64,000 bases of DNA, taken from the NCBI GenBank assembly GCA_028023455.1, contig JAQFVV010000009.1, forward strand, positions 7,254,001 through 7,318,000, written 5' to 3'. Origin of the DNA: Epiperipatus broadwayi. Lineage: Eukaryota > Animalia > Onychophora. Under the pieces are notes generated by a model. The model made no database searches. It saw nothing but the letters and a program-made list of their open reading frames with translations, and was not told where the DNA came from. Shown in pieces: positions 1 to 10,875 of the stretch; positions within the stretch are counted from its first letter, which is position 1; every line of letters begins with the position of its first letter. Made by a program: the position numbers and the translations under genes.

Positions 1-277
1 GATTTGAAAAGTTTGATTTGTAAATTATTTTTATGTTATGTGTATCCCAAATTTATTACTTTGCAAATTATAATATATATATATACTCTTAATCTATCGA
101 ATTATACATAACTCAAAATAATATATATATATGTTAAACTACCCAATTTTTTACTAGGAATATAATTTTCTACTGATATATGAAATATAATATAGTGTGT
201 TTATAAAATAAAGTTTTATAATGGTCTTTTTAGATTTGATTTACTTAAGTTTACTTTTTGAAAATTTTTTCATGCAG

Positions 278-357
278 GATGTCATCTGAAGTTGTATGAA
301 ATCAGACTTTATATGGACAACTCATGTAATTTGGTTTGTTCCATTTCTGTTCTACTA
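278..357 (+). CDS. Candidate internal exon (CHLKLYEIRLYMDNSCNLVCSISVLL)
   Basis: Acceptor ttttttcatgcag|, open frame matching ORF 292..486, donor |gtaaat. Phase 1 in, phase 0 out, compatible with the phase-0 exon at 19049, but the link is unproven. Confidence 0.4.
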
Positions 358-1106
358 GTAAATTTTTTTAAATTGGGTTTGTCTAAAGTTTTGTGGGTGA
401 GACATGATTTCTTTCCCTCTAAATATATTAAATTTCTTTTCAAAGACAGAGGCTTTGCCTGGATACTGCAATTTAGTTTGCTATAATATGCCATTTCTTA
501 AACAATTTATTTTATAGAAAATCTGATAACAATAGGTCTGTGCTCCAGAAATGAGCATTGTTTTACATATTTATTTTGTCAATCGTGTATGATTGAACAG
601 TTACTTACTGCCACTCATATATAACAAGCTGGTAAATGATGTTAATTAAAAAGAAATTGTAGCAAACATTATTTGTCATTAACAAGACACTCATTATGGG
701 TTCAAATAAAGCATTTGATAATATTTCTAAGGAAGTGAATAACAGCAATAGAATTAACTTTAATAATTGATTACTATCAAAAAGTATGCTTGATAGAATA
801 AAAATTGGAAGAAATACATTTTGAATAATCAGTAAAATATATTTATCCAGATCAAACTTTTAAGATTCCATATGAGATAAAAGCTAGAAATTTTAGCGAG
901 GTTATTAAAATAAGATTTGTAAATGTTATAATTACAACAATATAATGTAATAGGCAAAATAAGAGTCATAGATCACATGACCATATTCTCTTCAGCTTGT
1001 AAGTTATAAACAATGAGGATTGCCAATTCCTCAATAAGCTTTGTGATAAATGCTTAGCCAGAGCCAGCATTTAAAATATTTGTCAGGAACCCCCTCCCCC
1101 TCAAAT

Positions 1107-1145
1107 CCCTGACCATGGTTTCGTGCTTTGGCACTCCTCAGAGAG
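1107..1145 (-). ncRNA. Type I minimal hammerhead ribozyme, family 1 copy 1 (intact core)
   Basis: Minus strand: ctct-CTGAGGA-GTGC caaa GCAC-GAAA-C CATG G-TC-aggg. Conserved CUGANGA/GAAA core, 4-bp stem II, palindromic stem III ACCATGGT, GUC cleavage triplet (C = + strand 1111). Stem I extends via gaacc/ggttc. Confidence 0.9.
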
Positions 1146-1523
1146 GTGCCAGGGTAGGTTCAGACATTAAATCTAAAAATACCAACCCAAAGCCAAGCAC
1201 TTATCTAAAAGTTATCTATTGAGTGGAAAATCTGAAATTTTCGGACATCTACAGGTCTTCAAACCCAGCTATCCAACTCAAATAGCTATATGGGGCTGAT
1301 AGATCTTCAGCCATACCATATATTAGTAGTCTTAGCAATATAACATCACATAAGGCTTAAGGGAGAGACTATGAATAGTCAAAATAAGAGTCATAGATCA
1401 CATGACCCTATTCTCTTAAGCTGGTAAGTTATAAACAATGAGGATTGCCAATTCCTCAACAAACTTTGTGATAAATGCTTAGCCAGAGCCAGCATTTAAA
1501 ATATCTGTCAGGAAACCCCCCCA

Positions 1524-1563
1524 CCCCTGACCATTGTTTCGTGCTTTGGCACTCCTCAGAGAG
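1524..1563 (-). ncRNA. Hammerhead ribozyme, family 1 copy 2
   Basis: ctct-CTGAGGA-GTGCCAAAGCAC-GAAA-CAATGG-TC-agggg. One substitution breaks the stem III palindrome. Confidence 0.8.
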
Positions 1564-1848
1564 GTGCCAGGGTAGGTTCAGACACTAGATCTAAAAATAC
1601 CAACCCAAAGCCAAGTACTTATAAAAATTATCTATTGAGTGGAAAATCTGAAATTTTCAAACATCTACATGTCTTCAAACCCAGCTATCCAACTTAAATA
1701 GCTATATGGAGCTGATAGATCTTCAGCCATGCCATATATTATGTAGGTGTCTGAAAATTTCAGATTTTCTACTCAGTAGATAACTTTTAGATAAGTGCTT
1801 GGCTTTGGGTTAGTATTTTTAGATCTAGGGTCCGAACCTACTCTGGCA

Positions 1849-1889
1849 TCTCTCTGAGGAGTGGCAAAGCACGAAACCATGGTCAGGGG
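1849..1889 (+). ncRNA. Hammerhead ribozyme, family 1 copy 3
   Basis: CTGAGGA (1854-1860)-GTGGCAAAGCAC-GAAA-CCATGG-TC (1884)-AGGGG. One mismatch in stem II; core and palindrome intact. Confidence 0.85.
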
Positions 1890-2326
1890 TTTGGGGGGGG
1901 TCCTGGCAGATATTTTAAATGCTGGCTCTGGTTAAGCATTTATCGCAAAGCTTATTGAGGAATTGGCAATCCTCATTGTTTATAACTTACAAGCTTAAGA
2001 GAATAGGGTCATGTGATTTATGACTATTATTTTGACTATTTATAGTCTCTGCCTTAAGTCTATAGGGTCATGTGATCTATGACTCTTATTTTGACTATTT
2101 ATAGTCTCTGCCTTAAGTCTTATGCGATGTTATATTGCTAAGACTACTAATATATGGTATGGCTGAAGATCTATCAGCCCCATATAGCTATTTGAGTTGT
2201 ATAGCTGGGTTTGAAGACATGTAGATGTCTGAAAATTTCAGATTTTCCACTCAATAGATAACTTTTAGATAAATGTTTGGCTTTGGGTTGGTATTTTTAG
2301 ATCTAGTGTCTGAACCTACCCTGGTA

Positions 2327-2367
2327 CTTCTCTGAGGAGTGCCAAAGCACAAAATCATGGTCAGGGA
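2327..2367 (+). ncRNA. Hammerhead ribozyme, family 1 copy 4 (core mutated)
   Basis: CTGAGGA-GTGCCAAAGCAC-AAAA-TCATGG-TC-AGGG. GAAA has become AAAA, so this copy is probably inactive. Confidence 0.7.
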
Positions 2368-4099
2368 TGGGGAGGGGAATTCCTGACAGAGATATTTTAA
2401 TTGCTGGCTCTGGCTAAGCATTTATCACAAAGCTTGTTGAGGAATTGGCAAGCCTCATTGTTTATATAATGTAATAATTCATATAATAAATCAAAATTTA
2501 TAAAGAAGTTTGTGTGTGGTTAGTTATATATGTATTGAAATTAATGGGCTATTTTTAAAATAGAAAACTGTGTTTACTTGTTATTCTTTAATTTATTTAA
2601 ATGTTTTAATTATTCTACTATTGAATATCTGCCATATTATCTTAAAATATTAACATTTTTTCTAATGTCTTTTATTTTAAAGAATTTTATTACAAAATTG
2701 TATTTTATAAAAAATATTAAAATCATTTATTACCATTTGTAGTTTTTATTAAAAAACTGCTATACAATCAAAACATAAAAAAGGAAAAGAAAAATTTATT
2801 GGGGGGGGGGGGGTAAAATTGATCATTTATTAATTTTTTTAAAAAATTGTAATTGTTATGGGAAACTAGAAGAATTTATGAAAACTTTTTTTATTCTAGT
2901 CTTTATATCATAAGAAAAAAATTCAAATCTATCAGAGATTTAAATCTAAATTGGATAATACAGTTTCATTATAAATCTAAAAGTTAAAAAAACTGCCAAT
3001 GTTTAAAAAATTCAAAACATCAAATTATTAAGAATTGGTACATTTATCATAGAAAAAGGAGAGATTGATGACTTGATTCATGCAATAAAGTTCTATATTG
3101 CAAAAGAAAATAAAGGAAAACAGAAAATTAGGGCAATAATAAAATAAGTTTATGACTAGTATTGATAATATTAGTTTATGAAAGAGTGAATGACATATGT
3201 TATTAGTGATATTTGAAGGGCACTGAAATATTGAAATGTCTGAAAGGATTTAGATGAGTAAAAATGAGAAAATCTAAAATCTAATCAAATTATTATTAGG
3301 ACAATTATGAATTATATCATACATGAAATTAAAATTAATGGTATCACTATCAGGACATATACATAATGATCAAATTGAAAGTAGATATCATACTGCAGAA
3401 ATATTTTGAAGTTCATTATTGTTGGAATACTCTGGGAATCTTTTAAGATATTTCTTGGCGTTTATATAATATAACATAAAATGTTTGAACATAAAAAGAT
3501 TAAAGCAAGTACTCCTAACAATCTAAATGTAAGAACTTTGAAATAAATGTAGTAAATAGTTGTTTATACTAATAATTTTAATCACACATAAATGATTTTT
3601 ATGGCTCATCAAATATGTAATGTTTAGGAATATAAATAATCATGTTAAAATATGTTATTAGTAATGTATTCTTATGTGATTGCTCCATGAAGTATTTATA
3701 ATTGTTTGTATATGTGTGTGCATTAAATAATAAAACAGTGTAATAGTTTATTGCTTGGGAGTTCATATATTTGAGCACCACAAATGACAATATTAGACCA
3801 TAATCTATAGATCTCAAATTCCAGAGTCTAATGCTGCAACAAACCTTGCATTGCTGAATATCCTTATGTGTCAGTGAATCATGAACTCACTAGTAGTATT
3901 TTAGATTAATAAGTGTGTGGAAGCAGCTAATTCTTTGCTAGATCAACTGTCTGATAGTTTTTGAAAATCTTTTTTTCAAACTGTTCAATTAATCTCACAT
4001 TTATTAATAACTTTTTTAGCATAAATCATAATATAAAATTAAATATTAAAAAACATATTTGATTATAAGCTAACACTGTTTATTCCACCTATTATATAT

Positions 4100-5905
4100 A
4101 TGGTATATATGTTATAACCCTAGTAGCAGCAATGTAACCACTACATAATCAGATTTGGTGATTAATGTGTCTGTGCACACTTATGCATGCATATATATGG
4201 TAAAGAAAGAGAAAATATGCAGTTCATAAATTAAAGAGTATTTTAAGGTCTTTTTAGTCTGGCCTATTATCATATTTTGATAGAAAATAGAAAGATGAGT
4301 TTAAATTCAAGAAGAATTATGAATTAACAATATTTTTTAAATTGTAAATAAAGTAATAAAAATTGAAAAAGAATTTTCTCTTTTGTAATACAGAGTTAAT
4401 GAAATAATAATAATAATAATGTAGACAAGCTTGTTTCCCCATGTGCTGTTAAAAAAAAACAATAGTTTTCTCTGAGATCTGAGCTAGAACATTTAGTATT
4501 ATGGTAGATGCTGCGGATAACAAAAAGATAATTCACGTTATGGTATGCACAATGGCCAATGACACAGACATTAAGCAGTTACTCATTCAAGAGGTCAATT
4601 TTGTTCTAGTGTGGATTTATGGATTTCAAACTGCAAGATATACATTAAAGCAGTTGAAGTGAGCTATGTGGAGAAGAGTTTCTTTGCTTCTAATTGAAAT
4701 TGCAATGCTTATATTAAAAACTATAAGAATGTTTTATTATAGTGGAGAATCTTTTGACACGTTAGGCTAGGCAAGAACAAGTAGTACTTTAGTCAGAAGA
4801 CCCTAATTATCCAACCTCATCCAGTAAATGTATGAAGTTATATCTCTACCACTTATAATTGGCCAGTAAAGGGAAAGAACTGTACTATGCAGCCAAATTG
4901 CTGAAGACTTATATGTATTTTATATAAAGCTAATTTACACATCCAAATATGGGAAGAGAAGAAATATATGCTTTAAGAAAATTTATGAAAATGGCTGACA
5001 CTTTGTTTTTTTTTTTACCAGTAATATATTAATCTATTTACTCTATAATATTGAAAAGGGACTTTAAACTTACAAAATTGAAAGAAAGTGATTATTGTGA
5101 TATGTTATCCTGCATATTTACTCAAACTGAAATATATTAACTGAAGCGTTAATGTTTTATTTCATATATATACTTATGTGGAATTACTAGAAGTCAAAGT
5201 AAAATCTAGGAACTGTTTTTTAAAAATATATTAATGGTTATATGACTTATTTCATATCTATATGTGAAATTACTTGAGAAGCAAATGAAATATATGAATT
5301 AATGGTTAAGATTATATTAATTACTATGGGCTCAATTTGAGATTTACATTTAAAATTATTATTATAAAGCTTCATTTAAATTACATACATTTTGTTTTAT
5401 TAATAAATGGTTATATTGCTTTATTAATCCAGTTTGTTTGTTTTTCATAATTTTAAATATTATAACTTTAACACACGTATGCTAGTTTATAAAAATATCC
5501 ACAACTCTGAGAACATGCAAACCACTGAGGGATGTGCTGGGGTGTTGTGATAATGATTATGAATTGATTATGACCATTATCTTAAATAATTCTAAGATAT
5601 TGGGAATTTCTTCAAATAGAAACCAAAAATTAAAAAATATTTTAGAGTGATTGTGATGATAAAATCACCATCATCATCCTTGTAGTTGAATTTAATGATA
5701 TAAATTTAAACCATGCTTTATAAGATTCATAGATATACATAGGGAATATTTTTATATTTCTTATTATGTATACATGCTTGTTGAACATGGAATATCTTAT
5801 ATTTATTTATCTTGATTTGGATTCAAACCCAGACCTCAGGTATTTACAATGAGAAGAATCTAGATGAGCATATTTACCAATACATAATTCATTTTACCAT
5901 TACAT
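4100..5905. repeat. ~1.8 kb repeat unit, uninterrupted copy
   Basis: Collinear similarity to 7640-8430, 10637-10875, 13801-14353 and 16019-16150, e.g. aaccactacataatcagatttg and agaagtcaaagtaaaatctaggaact. Confidence 0.85.
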
Positions 5906-6149
5906 AATTGGTGCTACCAATTTGCTTATGACTTAAATACCCCCCCCCCCTTTCTTATACTTAAACAGAGTTAAAATACAAAAAAAGCTAGCATATGACT
6001 GTGTATAATATAATAGAAAGAAAAAAATATTTTTTTTTTTAAACCGGAAAGTAAATATAAATGGCAGTATAAAGATAATACAAAGGCAGAGATAGATAAT
6101 GTTATGCTGGAAAGGACTGTATGCTGTAGTTGAGACTGATGTGCTACTA

Positions 6150-7500
6150 ATGTATAATAGTAGAGAAGAAAGAGAACTGAGCAAATTTATAAATAAAATA
6201 AAAGTTAGTTAACAAAAGTTTATAAAATCTTCATATATAAATACTCATGATAATTCTATTAAAAAAGAATAAAACAGTGAGGCCGAGATAAATACAGATT
6301 CACCATTAGTAAAAAAATGTACAACTGAGGGGCATAGAGCAAGTAGGCAAGAAGAAATAGTCTTTATAAATGCAGGGAGAAGAGAAGCCAGCCACAGTTA
6401 ATATGGAAATATTGTTCCATTTATGAAGAAACTTAAAAGAAAAACTGGACAGCAAGGATAAGAAATCTGAAGACAATTAACAAAAATTTGAAGAGATCCA
6501 GCAAAAATGTGAAGAAAAACTGTACAAAGAAGATAAAAAATTTGAAAAAATACTATTTGAAAAGAGCAAATGCAGAAATGGAACAGAGATGTAAGAAAAT
6601 GGATGAGCAAAAAACTAAAAAAGATGCAGATGACACCATCCTTCTAAAATTAGGAAAATTATACAAACCTTGTAGATGAATCTAGATTAGTTGTTAGCAA
6701 TATAATAGATGTTGAGCATATCAGTGCAGATAAAACATCTATAATAGAAACACTACATGTAGAACCAAGTGGGGTAATGGAATGCCACTGAAGTATTGGG
6801 TTTGAATTTAGTTTACTTTTGTAGAGATGCTAATGAAGAGCAAGTCCTAATTTAGGCATGTATGAAAATAACTATCCATGTAATAGAGTGCCAGAGTTTA
6901 ATGTTTAGGAGAATCTTTTGAGATTTTTGTCTTTAAACAAGAAGATGAAGTCAGTTTCCTGAATATTCATAATAAAGAACATGTGAAGAAAGTCAAAAAA
7001 AGAACTGTTCGATATTATAAAGCCTATAAAAAAAAAAAAAAAGATTAATAAAAGATCAAAAAGAGTAAAAAAAAAGATTAATAAAAGATCAAAAAGAGTA
7101 AAACCCTACTATTAACCTGAATTTAAACCAGTGAATTACTTCTGACAGATTGTCAAACTCTACAGCCTGTGCACCAAAGAAAAATTGAAAGAAGAGTAAG
7201 ATGATGGTAAAAGGTCCAATCCAGAACGAAGAAAATATTGTATTGTTTAAATCATCCTGAAGAATATCTCAACCAATAAGCATATATTTGGACAGAGATG
7301 AAATTTAATTGTAAAAACACAAAGGATGACTTATTTTCTATTGACCCTTGATCTGGTAATAATATTATGCTTTATGGATAAAAGAAATTGTACAATGGTT
7401 TTGAGAGCAAAGGCTAGGACAAACCCGAAGGTTACACTTAAAATGGACAATAATTAAAAGAAGAAATTTCCAGCTTGCGAGAAAGCAATCATGATGTTGG
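6150..7500 (+). mobile_element. Highly decayed LINE-like remnant
   Basis: Purine-rich, Lys/Glu-rich broken frames (ORF 6488..6679) resembling the LINE endonuclease-RT linker. No diagnostic catalytic motif could be read. Confidence 0.3.
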
Positions 7501-8445
7501 TATAGAAATTTTTTTTTTTTTTTTTTAACAGATGTGCAATATATGATACAAATCAAAGGAGATGGATTTAAACTAATAGTTTGGTAATTTACATATAAAT
7601 GAGAAATGGAAAGTCCCATTGTCTCATTTTAAAGGAAGGGGATATATAATCCTAATAGCAGGAGCATAACCACTACATAATCAGATTTGAATAATATGTG
7701 TGTGTGTGCATCTACACATTCATATATATGGTAAAAGAAAGTGAAAGTATACAGTTCATAAATTAAAGAGCATTTTAAGATCTTTTTAGTCTTATCTATT
7801 TCGAATATTGTAAATAAAATCTTATCGATTTTGATAAAAAATAGAAGGGTGAGTTTAAATCCAAGAAAAAGAATTATGAATTAATAATATATTTTTAATT
7901 GTAAATAAAATAAAAGTCAGAAAAGCATTTTTTTTTTTTGTTATATGGATTTAATGAATAAAATGCTATTAAAGAAAAATAACGGAATATTTATCTCTGA
8001 GGTCTGAGATAATAGAATAGCCGACATTATTGGTAGCTGCTGCAGATAACAAAAGATAACTTGCATTATGGTATGTGTGATAGTTAAGGATGCACACAGT
8101 AAGCAGTTATTCAGAAGTCAACTTCATTTTAGTGTGGATTTTCAGATTCCAAATTGCAAAATGTATATTAAAGCAATTGAAGTGAGCTGTGCGGAGAAGA
8201 GTTTGGTTTGCTGCTAATTGAAATTGCAATATTTATATTAGAAGCTATCAGAATATTTTATTAAAATGGAGAATCTTTTGACATGTCAGGTTAAGTAAGA
8301 ACTGCAAGTCAGTCGGAAGAAACTGAGTGTGCAACCCCTTCCAGTAAATGTATGAAATTATTATCTCTAACTCTTATAATCGGCTAGTAAAGAGAAATAA
8401 CTGTACTTGCTGAAGACATGTATTTTATATGCACTATACTAATTT

Positions 8446-10636
8446 TGAAGCAATGGATCTGGAAGTCCGATTCATGCTTCACAGTCTTCTATAAACTTAC
8501 CGATATTGTAAACCTGGGTTAAGTTTATATCCAAGTATCAACAGAGTTTTGCATTAAAAATATAATTAACGTGTTTTATTTTGTACATTCAACATTTATT
8601 AAATTAGCTATTTACTTTAAAATATTTTTTTGAAGTGAATTCTGATTAAGATTAAATTATTATTAAAATTTCCTTTTCAAAATTTATTAATCAAACATAT
8701 ATATACAGAAGCGTATATATATATGATTAAATGCAAAATTCTGTTGAAACTAAAATATTATTTAATTAAAAGAAATAAAATATTTTTCTTTTAAATTTTG
8801 TTAAAATATGGCGTATGATTTTATTTTAAGATAAGCCTGCCAGCATTCCTAAAGTAATAGCATTTGTTCAATTAGTCAGTCCATTCAAGGCAAATTAAAG
8901 ATGGCTTTTTTTTAGTAAATCAAATTCAAAGTTAAAAGAATTTGATAATGAGAAATTAAAGTTTATTTTTAGCAAAAAGTTACTTCAAAACAAAGAAGTG
9001 TAGGGGGCTTATCAAGATCTAAAATCATACGCAAGAAGAGTATCTCCAGAAAGGTATAAAAGGTGGGGAGAACAAAAGACTTGATTATTCAGATTTTGTT
9101 TTTAAAATCAGCCAGATTTTGTGCTTCATTCTGGTTCTTCTATTGAGATTCTGTGACTGATTCATTCAGATTTTGTTCGTTAAATTTCTGATTTTGTGCT
9201 TGAAGATTTACTCAGATCCTGTGCTTTGAGGATTCGGTATTTTGCGCTTTAAGTGATTCAGCTCCGAGGTTGCCTTGAAATAAATGCTGAAAACCATGGT
9301 GCTCTAGTTTTGCGGAAAAATTCCTGCTCTGATTTCAAACATACGACCCGTTAAAATCTATATTAATTTGATGGACATGACCATGTATGGCAGCTAGGCT
9401 CATCAGCTTTGCCTGCCGTCGGGGTCCTAAATCCATCAAAATGCCGTAACGTGTCAAATCAATAGTAACCCGAACTGTGAACCTGTGTGTGCGCCCTTAG
9501 TGTAAAATGTTTCATATTTCAAATCTCTTTGTCCGGACAAATAAATTTGTGTACTGAATCAAGCCACAGACGTCAAGGGAACCGGACCAAAAGAACAAGG
9601 ACTGGTAACTTTAAATATCTCCTCAATGAACTATTACTTTTCCTTTCAACTACCTTTCTTTAAATGTTTCATTACTTTATTATATATTCATAATGTAACT
9701 GTTTTTCTCTTATTAGATTCATAATGTATTTTTTTATCTTAATCTTAGATTGATATTTTAACCTGATCATCTATTTTATGCTTAAATTTTTCCCCTTCGC
9801 TATTCCTCATTTTAAGGTGTCATATATATATTTTCTTGTTCCCTCATGTGATATAAATTATTTTTCATTTGAAAATATTTCCAATTTAAAATAATATTTG
9901 TCATTTAATAATAGTTAAGTTTCCTTTCGTTTTGCCAATTTGATCTCGATAACGCTCACTTTATTTGTATTCGTTCCCAAAGTTAAATATTTGTTATTAA
10001 AGAAATCATGAAATATTTTAAAATTATTTATAAAGCACAAAGCTACTAGAATGCTTTGTGCAATATTATTTCACTTTTGATTTATCGAGGGGACACAAGT
10101 TGATAACTTTATTTAAATTGGAAAAATAATATTTAGACCGCAGAATATTATGTCATTGCAAACCACCTCATTGTGAAAAAAATTCATCAGTGATCAATTG
10201 GGGAATAGCGGAGATATGTTTAAAACATTTATAATGTTTTAAACTTCATTTATTAAAATATCTTATTTAAACAAAAGCTTTAGTCAATAATGTTTATTTC
10301 AACTTTTTATTAGCTTAACCTTTTATATTAGTTGTCCGATGATCCAAGCACACACAAACACTTAACTCATATTATATTATATGCACATTTAACTTGTTTA
10401 GTTCCTTAAATATTCTAGTCCATTGTCTCTCTCTGGTGCTAAGCTGTAGGCAAGGGTTATAAATAATTTATGCGTGTCTCGGATATGTTGTTGGTTCGTG
10501 GTCAAACTTGAAAATAGACGAATAGGGCAGAGGTTATAGTATTCTTCATTTTATATCTCGCGTATGAGTGGCCTCGAGGCACTTTCGCTTAGTATTTGAA
10601 CTGGGTTAAACCAATATACATTATTTGACCGGCACA
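8446..10636. mobile_element. TG...CA element A (long solo-LTR-like), related to element B in the opposite orientation
   Basis: Ends TGAAGCAATGGATCTG...GACCGGCACA. Both ends match the reverse complement of element B's ends. The right flank is ATAT; the left junction has ~15 extra nt, so the TSD is not clean. Confidence 0.7.
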
Positions 10637-10875
10637 ATATAAAGCCAATTTACATATCCAGTATGGGGGAAGAAGAAATATAGGCTTTAAAAACCGATGA
10701 TTTATTTTTTTTATCAGTAAGATATTAAGCTATTTATTCAATAATATTAAAAAGAGATGTTAAACTTATGAAGATTGAAAGAAAGTAATTATTGTGATAT
10801 GTTACCTTGGAATTACGAGTATAAATTCAAACAAATATATTAAATGAGGTATTATGTTTTCCTTCATATATATAC

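Larger units (their letters stand above)
953..2463. mobile_element. Retrozyme-like non-autonomous retroelement: head-to-head palindromic multimer of a ~420 bp HHR-bearing unit
   Basis: Two direct units (~954-1378, 1379-1740) are followed by two inverted units (~1741-2463). A 13-bp direct repeat ATATAATGTAATA flanks the whole array (940-952 and 2464-2476). There are four HHR cores and no ORF. Confidence 0.85.

Noticed and set aside
953-2463. Foldback or MITE DNA transposon, or CRISPR-like array
   Set aside because: The long 13-bp TSD, internal tandem units and HHR cores fit a TPRT retro-insertion. There are no unique spacers.
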